Below, piece after piece: positions 28,101 through 37,044 of a DNA stretch of 64,000 nucleotides (its first letter is position 1; each line of letters opens with the position of its first letter). The notes beneath the pieces are model-generated. The model did no database searches and was not told where the DNA came from. It was given only the letters and a program-made list of their open reading frames with translations. The position numbers and the translations under genes are program-made. Source of the DNA: a virus; the IMG/VR virus record IMGVR_UViG_3300007960_000002, positions 4,038 to 68,037 of that record; one strand, written 5' to 3'.

Positions 28101-30919
28101 CTGGCTTATCCCTTCTCCGTAATGATGCATCAATTAATGATGCGAACACTGTAGGCTATATCCGTTTCAAAGGCGCTGATCCCTCCGGCACAAACACTGG
28201 TGCACAGATTGTTGCATCTGCTGCTGGCGCTTGGGGTACAGGTGATTATCCAACAGATATTCTTCTTCAAACTGATAACAACGGATCACAAAAAGAACAA
28301 GTACGGATTTCTAATACTGGGTATCAACTTGAAGTAAACGGCAATATCGGTCTGTCTGAGCAAACACCTACTCAAACCGGCACTCCCGTTGCTTACGCTT
28401 GGTACAACACTGCTGACGATGACGATCCAAGTTGGATCTACGGTAACGGGCAGTCTTGGCACGATGAGCTTGGTGATTTCCCAAGGTTGGCGTTGTTGGT
28501 GTTGGAAACTTATAAATTAACTATCTATGATGCGACTGATCCGAGCTTGCCGAGTTGGATGGTGATGAATGCTCAAGCTAGTGGAACTACTCCACACCTT
28601 TGGAGGCATTCTCCTCGAGCTGGTACTGCTGTTTCAGCAGCAAATGGTTTTGTATATATAGGGTTAAGCTCCTCCTCTGATGACGCGCAGGCGGGAAAGA
28701 TAATTCTTGATTTTTGCTCCGATAAAGCTGGTCGTCGTAATGGCTCTACACTTTATGGTTGGGATACAATTTCAGACAGAGATTCCGGAAATCAATTATC
28801 CACAATTGAGTCCGTAGGGTTAGTTCATAATTTGGTCAATGACGTAGCCCTAACCCTCCTCCCCGACACCCCCATAGACCCCATCCGCAAGATGCGGACT
28901 CCAACTGTTGCTGTTGGTACTGATGGTGGGGTGAGTGTGATTCATGCTGATGGGACGGTCACTGACAGTAATAGAACCTATACGTTCGCCCAGGTTACGT
29001 TCAATGATGCTGGAGACTTGTTTTTCTCAAGAGATTCATCTTTTATCGGTTTTTATTTTGTAAGGTCTGGCGCATATAGTGTTGATAACTTTGTCGAGTC
29101 CGGCTCGTATAATAGTGGATATCCTGTATTACCCGGCACCCATAGGGCGATAGCAGCATGTGGGAGGAGTGTGGTTGCGGACGGATCTATTTCACAACTC
29201 TCTTTGCTTCGTGAAAACGTCACCACTCCAGCTAACGGTGCCGTTGCCTACATCACCTCCGATTACAACACCGGCTGGATGCACGGGGACATCAAAGGGT
29301 GTTGGCTGTCTGACACCGTGGCGGAAACTGTTGGTGTTGATGAATCTACGGAGCTTGTAACGAATGGCACTTTCGATACTGATACAGACTGGACGAAGGG
29401 AACCGACTGGTCAATAGGTGCTGGTGTAGCTACAAAAGCAGCAGGGGCTGCGGCTTCAAATTTATCCCAAACAATAACTACTGTTGCAGGTGGGTACTAT
29501 GAAGTTGAGTACGAGATTACAGCCCATACTGCAGGCACTGTAGGGGTTTACTCAACGGAGAGTACCAACAAAACTTCAGCTAGTTATGAAGGCAATGGTG
29601 TTGGAACCTATAAGGTGGTTCTCATTGCTTCCGGTACATCTATGACTGTGAGGCTGCGGGGCACTAATACAGCGGACTTGTCTATCGACAATGTTTCAGT
29701 TATACGCACCGGAAATCTGATTGAGAATGGTGAGTTCACTTACAATACTGATGGGTGGACTGCAGGTGATGCAGCAAGCGGGCTTTCTGTTGTATCAAAC
29801 AAGCTACGTATTACAAACAATGATGCCACAAGCGCCTGGACTTACCAAAGTTTTACTGCTGTCGTAGGTGAGACGTATGTCCTAACTTTTGATTTTACTG
29901 CAGGAACATCTACGTCATTCAATTATGGCGTGGGAACGTCTGCAGGCGGCGATCAATATGCTGGAGATACAGGTGTAACAGCTACAGCAAATACAATTAC
30001 CTTTGTTGCAACTGCTACAACGAGTTATGTGTATTTTCAAAATGCTGATGCAACCAATACATACTATTCAGATTTTGATAATGTTTCCATCCGCCTAGCC
30101 GACCCCGACCGCTCTGTAAACGACAATGGGTTGGAGGTGTATGGACAATTCACCAAGTCTGCTGTTGCCACTGGTGCGGATTTGATGGGGTATAAGAATG
30201 GTGGGAGCGGAGCAAGTTTACGCTTGCCTTACAATGCGGACTTAGATTACGATGGAACATCAGCTTTCCATGCCATCATTTGGGCTAAAACATCTAACTC
30301 TAGTGTTACCAACGATGGGCTCATAGGTAATATGGCTTGGGGTACAGCGGCAGATCCTGGTGGTTGGGCATTGCGTATTGGCAGTACAAGTGAGTTTTTT
30401 GCTTCTTTATATGATGGAACTACGTTTACGAACTTAGAATCTAATATAAGTTTGGTGCAAGACGTTTGGCAGCAAGTGGCTATGGTATATGACACGACCA
30501 CACTGTATATCTATGTTGATGGAAAGTTAGCGAATTCAGTTGCTGCTACAAGCGCAGATATAGATCAAACTGTAAACGAAGTTCTTATAAGTGCTAACTG
30601 GTACGACGACGCTATTGCTAATGCAGCCGCGACTTGGGATTTGGCTCTTGCCCGTACAGGACTTGGCGCACCCACAGCCGATGACATCGCCGCTTTCTAT
30701 GCGGATGAAAAACACCTGTTCAACGATAACGCCACATGCACCCTGCCGGGTTCTAGCGATGTGGTTAATGATCTTGCATACAACCGATGGAAAGAACAAC
30801 TCCATATAGCTACTGGTGCTGGTAAAGCTATATTTAAAGGATTAATTAATGTAGAGGAAGATACAACTGCTGCTGTCACTGTAATTGATGCATTAGGTGG
30901 AAACGAGGCTTACGATTAA
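25124..30919 (+). CDS. Long tail fibre/receptor-binding protein with repeats, carbohydrate-binding-like modules and a LamG-like domain
   Basis: Four SNPHxVT repeats, about six GNVGIG..P repeats, LVTNGTF/LIENGEF modules, WQQVAMVYD..IYVDG LamG motif. Confidence 0.85.
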   Translation: MSEHLNLAREEGTIAANVITLSGVAVKGAQTFSNAGAVNSTQYTVTVHQGNNPEVWALWLATYDSGAGTLTRDSLVDSQGSFDEGATVQVFQGIQKAELNDTSDHVASTSNPHNVTKAQVGLGNVPNLDFTDAANVSITDAAGKYDATTVEGALQEVGVSSDDHINDTSNPHSVTHSQLSDKGTNDHAAIDSHIANTSNPHSVTKTQVGLGNVENVDTTVAANVDIVDAGGQYTGTEVETALQEVGPSATQTLTNKTLEDLTNQIHANAIHYKVRCVEAGGISKGQAVAYSGWNDGLNAVEVILADNSTNVAIGLAGIDMSLNDIGGAIASGVLENVDTSAYSAGTILYVNGVGDLTSTEPTTGFAQPIAFVLRSHLSQGDLQVLADYPKQDAEDVRIDDTGGYFASNNVEFAIAQLGAHEVNTSNPHSVTAAQLSLGTSDSPTFAGLTITGLSGVLKAAAGVVSGSATTSDMPEGTNLYYTEARVSANTDVAANTTHRSSDGTDHTYIDQDLRTTATPEFAELGIGTDSITRQLHISGSDSNMLGLTNTSGNVIAYFQAEDTAGVTQLNFGPSTDPDKGRIRYENANDSLSFYTSNSRRLLVDTSGNVGIGINSPEERLHVSGGDILLDNNTQIKFDNAVGTPKKVLTTLADDSVLLYGYAEGNVIKSVNGANYIYDNAGATLQTLKDGNVGIGVTTPQEKLHMLDGDFRLQNTTNGDVWLKNNGVRDFGVSNSSANDYYFRIQNESTGVTNLTVDGNVGVGTTSPGSYKLAVNGGDVSIIGGTDTRLLIGDTLGTDDYGQLQWDTTGNYLSLETSGTSRPLVLQQDGGKVGIGTDSPDHTLHVDSAGLNSVALFKSTDANAFIYFQDGSTTSDQYSAIGTLGDKLQLATENTARLTIDQGDVGIGTDSPSWQLTVAKAGTTDIAIQNTTSAFNAVYSADTVGGFLKSNGVLRFGAGSSYTEYVRLIENGNFGIGTTAPSELLEIAHTGASAGLSLLRNDASINDANTVGYIRFKGADPSGTNTGAQIVASAAGAWGTGDYPTDILLQTDNNGSQKEQVRISNTGYQLEVNGNIGLSEQTPTQTGTPVAYAWYNTADDDDPSWIYGNGQSWHDELGDFPRLALLVLETYKLTIYDATDPSLPSWMVMNAQASGTTPHLWRHSPRAGTAVSAANGFVYIGLSSSSDDAQAGKIILDFCSDKAGRRNGSTLYGWDTISDRDSGNQLSTIESVGLVHNLVNDVALTLLPDTPIDPIRKMRTPTVAVGTDGGVSVIHADGTVTDSNRTYTFAQVTFNDAGDLFFSRDSSFIGFYFVRSGAYSVDNFVESGSYNSGYPVLPGTHRAIAACGRSVVADGSISQLSLLRENVTTPANGAVAYITSDYNTGWMHGDIKGCWLSDTVAETVGVDESTELVTNGTFDTDTDWTKGTDWSIGAGVATKAAGAAASNLSQTITTVAGGYYEVEYEITAHTAGTVGVYSTESTNKTSASYEGNGVGTYKVVLIASGTSMTVRLRGTNTADLSIDNVSVIRTGNLIENGEFTYNTDGWTAGDAASGLSVVSNKLRITNNDATSAWTYQSFTAVVGETYVLTFDFTAGTSTSFNYGVGTSAGGDQYAGDTGVTATANTITFVATATTSYVYFQNADATNTYYSDFDNVSIRLADPDRSVNDNGLEVYGQFTKSAVATGADLMGYKNGGSGASLRLPYNADLDYDGTSAFHAIIWAKTSNSSVTNDGLIGNMAWGTAADPGGWALRIGSTSEFFASLYDGTTFTNLESNISLVQDVWQQVAMVYDTTTLYIYVDGKLANSVAATSADIDQTVNEVLISANWYDDAIANAAATWDLALARTGLGAPTADDIAAFYADEKHLFNDNATCTLPGSSDVVNDLAYNRWKEQLHIATGAGKAIFKGLINVEEDTTAAVTVIDALGGNEAYD

Positions 30920-31584
30920 TGACTGTCAAGACTAAAATAGAAGAAATTAATATTAAACAGAAAATAGCAGAGTTAGAAGCTCTTGAAGCTAAAACTAGAA
31001 ATCTTTTAAAAACTTTGGAAGCTACGGCTGATGGGCAGCTGCGCCATCGCACGATTTGGAAAGATAACGTAGCGGCGATTGCTGCTGCGAATACAGGTGT
31101 TGCAGCACCCACGTTGAGGCTATTCGGTGCGACTGGATCAGGAACACAACGCAAAGAGTACGTATTTGGAACTGGGGATTCTGTCTACATTGCCCCTTTT
31201 CACGTCAACCATGACATTCTTCCTGGAGCCAAAGTCTACCCCCATGTTCATTGGTCTACGGATGGAACGGATACAGGTAATGTTCAATGGGAGCTAACCA
31301 TCATTCGTGCACTTGGACACGATCAAGCAGCGTTTGACGCGCAAACTGTTATCCAAATCGAGCAGGCCGCATCGGGCACAACTTGGCAGCACATGGTCGC
31401 AGAGTGTTCCGATGGTGATGCACTGACAGTAACAGAACCAGATGAATTGATTTGTATTGTATTAGAGCGTATTGCAGCATCAACAGATGAAAATACAGAT
31501 AGTGTTTTTGGACTTATGGTGGATTTACACTATGAGAGTAATACAATAGGGACTATTAATAAAGCTCCCAATTTTTACATTTAA
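30919..31584 (+). CDS. Tail-fibre-associated protein
   Basis: Coupled to the fibre gene. Confidence 0.55.
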   Translation: MTVKTKIEEINIKQKIAELEALEAKTRNLLKTLEATADGQLRHRTIWKDNVAAIAAANTGVAAPTLRLFGATGSGTQRKEYVFGTGDSVYIAPFHVNHDILPGAKVYPHVHWSTDGTDTGNVQWELTIIRALGHDQAAFDAQTVIQIEQAASGTTWQHMVAECSDGDALTVTEPDELICIVLERIAASTDENTDSVFGLMVDLHYESNTIGTINKAPNFYI

Positions 31585-31600
31585 ACTATAGGAATATAGA

Positions 31601-31789
31601 ATGACTGAAATTACTTTAGATGCAACTACTCAACAGGAAATCCTCTCTTTAGCTTCTGTAGCTCAAGAGGCCCAAAATAAGATTAAAATGATTTGTAATA
31701 TTTATGTACGTTCCCAGGGTGAAGAGGGTAGTTTTGAATTATCTAATGATGCTTCTAAACTAGTAAAGAAAGAAGAGGCTGATGAGTAA
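31601..31789 (+). CDS. Small protein, possible fibre chaperone
   Basis: AGGA RBS; position. Confidence 0.45.
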   Translation: MTEITLDATTQQEILSLASVAQEAQNKIKMICNIYVRSQGEEGSFELSNDASKLVKKEEADE

Positions 31790-32015
31790 TCCAGCAGTTG
31801 ATTTATTTAATGGAGCTGGTGGTTTTTGTACTAGTGGTTGTGTAACTGCTGGTACGTTTAATAATACAGCTTCTATTATTTCAAGGAAAACTATTATTGT
31901 ATGTTTTGAAGATAGGGATATTAGGGTAAAAGATAAGGATGAAGTGGAATTAGATACTGAGTCAAGGGTAGTTTTAATACCTACTGAAGATAGAACAACC
32001 AGGGTAAATAAATGA
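31782..32015 (+). CDS. Hypothetical protein
   Basis: Coupled ORF. Confidence 0.45.
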   Translation: MSNPAVDLFNGAGGFCTSGCVTAGTFNNTASIISRKTIIVCFEDRDIRVKDKDEVELDTESRVVLIPTEDRTTRVNK

Positions 32016-32299
32016 GCGTAATTTGGAAAAGAGGATTAACATTTATTAAAGATCCTGATTCAGTATTGGATTATCCAGTTAATTTTTCTGATTGGTTGGG
32101 TGTAGATACTATTGATAGTCATACAGTAACTGCTGAATCAGGTTTAACTAAAGATAGTAGTAGTAATGATTCTACTACTGTTACTGCTTGGGTTAGTGGA
32201 GGAACTGTTGGTAATACATATGACCTAACATATCATATTGTTACTACTGCTGGAAGAGAGATTGATAGAACTATTAAAATTAAAGTTAGGAGCAGATAA
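32012..32299 (+). CDS. Conserved phage Ig-like protein (KDPDSVLDY family)
   Basis: KDPDSVLDY..WL, WVSGGT, TTAGR.IDRT. Confidence 0.7.
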   Translation: MSVIWKRGLTFIKDPDSVLDYPVNFSDWLGVDTIDSHTVTAESGLTKDSSSNDSTTVTAWVSGGTVGNTYDLTYHIVTTAGREIDRTIKIKVRSR

Positions 32300-32988
32300 T
32301 GTTAATCAAGAAGCCTAGTGACCTCCTAGCTTTAGCAAGAAGAGAATTATCTGATACAGTAGAGCCTTATCTATGGTCTGATAATGATTTATATTATTAC
32401 ATGGATGAGGCTCAGAGAGAATTTGCAAGAAAAACTAGATGTATTACAGATGCTACCCATTTTACTGAAATTGCTGTCAATGAAGATGATCCTTGGTTAG
32501 ATTTTGATCCTGCAATTATTGATATTAAACGTGCTACTCTATCAACTGCTGATCAAGTATTAGAAATACAAACCATTGAAGAGTTTCAAAATAGTTACTA
32601 TGATGATGATTATGGTATTATTAGGAAAAAAGGATATTGGGAAGAACAGACAGGAACACCTACTCATATCATTTTAAATATGGAAACTGATATGATGAGA
32701 CTCTATCCTATTCCTTCTGCTGATGATGAATTAGATATGGTAGTGTGGAGAGAGCCTATTTATGATATTGAAAGTAGCTCTAGTAATTTTGAAATCCCAC
32801 AGAAATACAATTATAAATTAATATATAAGATTAAAGAATTAGCATATGGTAAACAAGACTATGAAACATTTGATGGAGATAGGAGAGAAGTTAATTTAGC
32901 TTTATGGGAAAATGCTGTATTAGAAGCTAGATCAGATGTTAAAAAGAGAACTCGTAGACCCCGTGGAGTTAGGTATGGGGGTATTTAA
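32299..32988 (+). CDS. Head-tail adaptor (tail tubular protein A-like)
   Basis: ARRELSD..PYLWSD, EAQREF, RLYPIP. Confidence 0.7.
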   Translation: MLIKKPSDLLALARRELSDTVEPYLWSDNDLYYYMDEAQREFARKTRCITDATHFTEIAVNEDDPWLDFDPAIIDIKRATLSTADQVLEIQTIEEFQNSYYDDDYGIIRKKGYWEEQTGTPTHIILNMETDMMRLYPIPSADDELDMVVWREPIYDIESSSSNFEIPQKYNYKLIYKIKELAYGKQDYETFDGDRREVNLALWENAVLEARSDVKKRTRRPRGVRYGGI

Positions 32989-34262
32989 TGGCTAGACAGA
33001 ACATTAAATTAGGACCATTCCCAAAGGGAAAGAATAATGTTCAGAAAGAAACCTCTATTCCTCAAGACTCTCTTAATGAAGCCCTTAATGTTAATATTAC
33101 GGATGATGGCAAAGTTGAAAGAAGAAAGGGATATCAAAGAGTTTATTCTGGGTCTAATATACATTCTTTCTATAGTAGTGGTGATCTGGCTATATTTGTA
33201 GAAGGGAATGATTTAAAGAGATTAGATAATAGTTTTGAATCTGCAACTGTTATAAAAGCTAATGAATTTGGTCCAGAACTCCTAGATTATTTAGAATTAA
33301 ACGGGTCTATCTACTATACCTGCTCCTATGGTACGGGGGTAGTAAAAAACAATGGGGAATATAGCAATCTTGGTGTAGTTCCACCACATGGACAACCAAC
33401 ATTAATTGCTACGTCTAGTGCTAGATTACAAGCTGGAACATATCAAGTTGCTATTACATATTTAGATAGTGAAGGGCAAGAGTCTGGAACTAATGATGCA
33501 TCTGTTATTACTATAGAAGATGGCCAAGGGATATTGTTACAGAATATCCCACAAAATTTAGATTATTCTAGTATCAATGTATATGCTACTCCTCCAAATG
33601 GTGTAACCCTCTATAAACAAGCTAATATACCAATGGGTACTACATCTGGAACTCTTTCATTCTTAATTGAAGGTGATGAGTTACTAACACAATTTGGTGA
33701 TGTTGCTCCTTCTGGACAATATATTGATTACTATAATGGTAGACTATGGATAGCAGATGGAAATGTGTTGTGGTTTAGTGAGCCCTGGAGATATGGATTA
33801 TTTAAATATGCAACTAATTTTATAGAGTTTCCAGAAGAAATAAAATTTATTAAATCTCTTAATACTGGAATGTATGTGGGTAGTGATAAAGTGTATTTTT
33901 TACGTGGTAGTTCTCCAGATGAATTAACATATAAATCTGTATTTGATGCTACACCAATTCATAATACAGCGATAGTAGTAGATACTACATTATTTAATTT
34001 TGAGAATGTTTTTGGTAAGGGTGTATTTCTTTGGTCAGATAAAGGAGCACTCTTAGGTATTGAAGAAGGTAGTGTTATACCTCTCTCTCATAAACGATAT
34101 GTTCCAGATGAATATGATAGTGGAACTTCATTTTTAAAGGCTGAAGACGGGATTACCCATATCATCAGTTCTTTAACTAAAAAGGGGAATGTGTCAAACT
34201 TACAAACCTCTGATAGTGCATCAGCCGAAGTAATACGGCATTCAATTACAATTGAGGAATAG
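32988..34262 (+). CDS. Tail nozzle/stabilisation protein
   Basis: ALNVNITDDG..RRKGY and YNGRLWIA..LWFSEP beta-propeller-like motifs. Confidence 0.7.
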   Translation: MARQNIKLGPFPKGKNNVQKETSIPQDSLNEALNVNITDDGKVERRKGYQRVYSGSNIHSFYSSGDLAIFVEGNDLKRLDNSFESATVIKANEFGPELLDYLELNGSIYYTCSYGTGVVKNNGEYSNLGVVPPHGQPTLIATSSARLQAGTYQVAITYLDSEGQESGTNDASVITIEDGQGILLQNIPQNLDYSSINVYATPPNGVTLYKQANIPMGTTSGTLSFLIEGDELLTQFGDVAPSGQYIDYYNGRLWIADGNVLWFSEPWRYGLFKYATNFIEFPEEIKFIKSLNTGMYVGSDKVYFLRGSSPDELTYKSVFDATPIHNTAIVVDTTLFNFENVFGKGVFLWSDKGALLGIEEGSVIPLSHKRYVPDEYDSGTSFLKAEDGITHIISSLTKKGNVSNLQTSDSASAEVIRHSITIEE

Positions 34263-34264
34263 AA

Positions 34265-34813
34265 ATGACTGACAAAATTAGTGATAATGCCAATATCTCT
34301 GGCAAGTTCGATGTAGAAATCTGGAGAGATGGTAAGCAAATTGATAACTTCTCTACCCATAATGCAATCACTGCTGAAGGTAAGACCCATATCTTAAAAC
34401 TGCTTTTAGATAATTCTGAAGCTAAGAAAAACACTTGGTATGTTGGTCTTCAGCTAGCCAATAATACTGTAGACGCTACTTGGGGTGCTGGTGATACTAA
34501 TCAGTTTACTGCTACTGGTGATATTGTAGAAGATGATGGTACAATTTTTGTAGAATCTGGTAGGCAGGAATATGTAGACGATGCAGTAGAAGGTACTGGT
34601 AGTGGTCCATATAGTATTGATAATGATACTACTAAAGCTACTTATACTGTAGACACTGGTCAATCTACTACTGTTTATGGTGCTTTCTTAGTATCTAATT
34701 CTACTTACCGTAATACTACTGCTCCTCTATTGTGTGTAGCTAATTTCTCTGCTGGTAAAGCCTTATCTGCTGGAGATGAAATTAAGGTTAAATATACCAT
34801 CCAAATTAGCTAA
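34265..34813 (+). CDS. Virion tail protein
   Basis: HNAITAEG, WYVGL, VYGAFL motifs. Confidence 0.6.
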   Translation: MTDKISDNANISGKFDVEIWRDGKQIDNFSTHNAITAEGKTHILKLLLDNSEAKKNTWYVGLQLANNTVDATWGAGDTNQFTATGDIVEDDGTIFVESGRQEYVDDAVEGTGSGPYSIDNDTTKATYTVDTGQSTTVYGAFLVSNSTYRNTTAPLLCVANFSAGKALSAGDEIKVKYTIQIS

Positions 34814-37044
34814 TGAGATATAATGGTTGGGTAATTAATAGAACAAAGGATGTTCATCCTAAATATGTTCATCTAGCTAGGAAATATTTAGGTGAGTTAA
34901 AAGAGCATCGGGATACCTTTGACCTTGATGTTGATTTTCTCACTAGAAAAGAAACTGATGGGACTATTATTAAAGTTTCTTGGATATATGGACAACCTAT
35001 TATTGATATTATCCAACCAAAAGGTCAAGGTATTCCTCCTAAATACTGGGTTCCTCCAGAAGAAGAGGAAGAGGATGAGGAGGAGGATGAAGGAACATGT
35101 TCCCTTTATGTAGAGAGTGGTATTATTGATTTAAGTGCAGCTACAGGTAAAGTTTGGTTTGCTGGAGATGTATCGGGTCAATTTCAGAAAGATCTAGAAT
35201 GGACTGTAGAAGATGATGTTCATGATATTGATAGTGGCATAACTGCCCAAGAGCATCAAGAGGATGGGTTTGACTCTGAATCTTTATCTCATGCAAGTGT
35301 ATATACTAATCCCAATTTTGTAGAACCTTCTATTGCCACAGGTTTAATGAGAAAAATGAGGCAATGTTGGGTTTCATCTAAACCATCTTATGTTCCCGCA
35401 TCTAAGCATACTATTTACTCTACGGAGGGGGTTATAAGGGATGGGGAAGATTATTATTATGCTGTAGTTGGCATCAATAGTATTGATATACACGAATTCA
35501 ATTATACATTATGTGGATCTGCTTTAAAAGATTATATGAATATTAATTATTCTCTAGGATCAGATCAATATAATGCTTTAGAAGCATATGTCTTCTCTCA
35601 AATGACTCCTGGTGAAAAGAAGCATTCATTATATTTTGATGGTGTTTCAGAGCTAGGTGATCCTTTTTATTATGGATGGAAATTCTCTGAAGAAGGGAAG
35701 AAAATAGCAGTTATATTAAAAAGACCTAAACCTGGATTAGACCCTAATCATGATGCCCTTTTTAGATACGAATCCTATAAAGTTGAGTTGGAAATAAATT
35801 CTGAACTGTCTGATGTAGATGTATCTATTGATGGTCCACATGAATTTTTAAACTTTTATCAAGAGATGTATATATGGTATCCAGTAGAATTTGGTGAATG
35901 TGGAATGACATATTTTCAGCCATTCCCTGGACCTTTCGTTCCAAGTAGATTTCAATATGATGCTCCTGTTTATTGTTGGTATAAGGGAGAAGAACTAACA
36001 GAGATATGGATGAAAGATAATTCCAGGATTGTTGGCAATGGAGAGGATATTGGTACTACTGTAGGGTGCGGTCCAGGTGAAGTACAACTTCAAGAGAATA
36101 GTACAAGTACTTGGTATTATGATTATGGATTTTATGTAAAGGGAGATTTGGCCATAGATTATGTTGATCAAACCATTACTAATAATGGAATGGGGTGGGA
36201 TAATGTAAGCCATGGTGGAACATCAAAGACTGACTGGATAAAAGATACAGGTGTTGCTGATTGTTCTGATTGCCCCTCTAGTGAACCATGTAGTCCTGGT
36301 GGATGTGTTCCGGCCCCCTCTTCTGTTAACTGGTATAGGAAGGTTTCTGCTTTAGGTAAATATGTAACATATACCCAAGATCAAGCAGAAGATCATAGAC
36401 AATCCTTGATTATTCCTTATGATGATAGTGAAGCAGCTTATATTGGAAGATATAGATATGAATATGCTTCTTTCTCTGGAACCACATATCAGATGACTGG
36501 TGGGCAACTTATTCTAAGCTCAGATCAAGCGAAGTATTGTAATAATCTTTCTCATGGAAGTCCAGAAGTACCACATCCAGATGAATTAGCATGTGCATCA
36601 TATGATGTTCCCCACCAATGGAACTGTAATTTCGCTGGTCAGTCTATTGAATGGAATTGTGTTTATGGGGGGAACGGAACAGTTACAAGTGAAACAGGAA
36701 CATTAAGAATAACTAAATTAGATATTTCTGCATTTGGTACTGAAAAACATGATGTATACTCTGATCATAAGTATGCAGGTACAGGAGACTATAATACTAT
36801 GTATGATATTAAATTACCCGATGGTGGGACTTCAGGGAGATTAGACTGGTATGGATGGTATGGTTATTTTATAGCTACATTAACTGATCCTTGTTCATAC
36901 TCAGAAGTACATTATAAAGAAAGCCATGAAGACAATATTGTATTCTGTTATAAGGGACCAGATTTGGGATATGAATACACCAGTGAAGGTGGTAATTTAA
37001 TTGATAAAATCAGTAACAGTTTTGTTTACGGTGGAAGAATCTAA
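34813..37044 (+). CDS. Putative tail/receptor-binding protein, Cys-rich centre
   Basis: 743-aa ORF in the tail module. Confidence 0.55.
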   Translation: MRYNGWVINRTKDVHPKYVHLARKYLGELKEHRDTFDLDVDFLTRKETDGTIIKVSWIYGQPIIDIIQPKGQGIPPKYWVPPEEEEEDEEEDEGTCSLYVESGIIDLSAATGKVWFAGDVSGQFQKDLEWTVEDDVHDIDSGITAQEHQEDGFDSESLSHASVYTNPNFVEPSIATGLMRKMRQCWVSSKPSYVPASKHTIYSTEGVIRDGEDYYYAVVGINSIDIHEFNYTLCGSALKDYMNINYSLGSDQYNALEAYVFSQMTPGEKKHSLYFDGVSELGDPFYYGWKFSEEGKKIAVILKRPKPGLDPNHDALFRYESYKVELEINSELSDVDVSIDGPHEFLNFYQEMYIWYPVEFGECGMTYFQPFPGPFVPSRFQYDAPVYCWYKGEELTEIWMKDNSRIVGNGEDIGTTVGCGPGEVQLQENSTSTWYYDYGFYVKGDLAIDYVDQTITNNGMGWDNVSHGGTSKTDWIKDTGVADCSDCPSSEPCSPGGCVPAPSSVNWYRKVSALGKYVTYTQDQAEDHRQSLIIPYDDSEAAYIGRYRYEYASFSGTTYQMTGGQLILSSDQAKYCNNLSHGSPEVPHPDELACASYDVPHQWNCNFAGQSIEWNCVYGGNGTVTSETGTLRITKLDISAFGTEKHDVYSDHKYAGTGDYNTMYDIKLPDGGTSGRLDWYGWYGYFIATLTDPCSYSEVHYKESHEDNIVFCYKGPDLGYEYTSEGGNLIDKISNSFVYGGRI

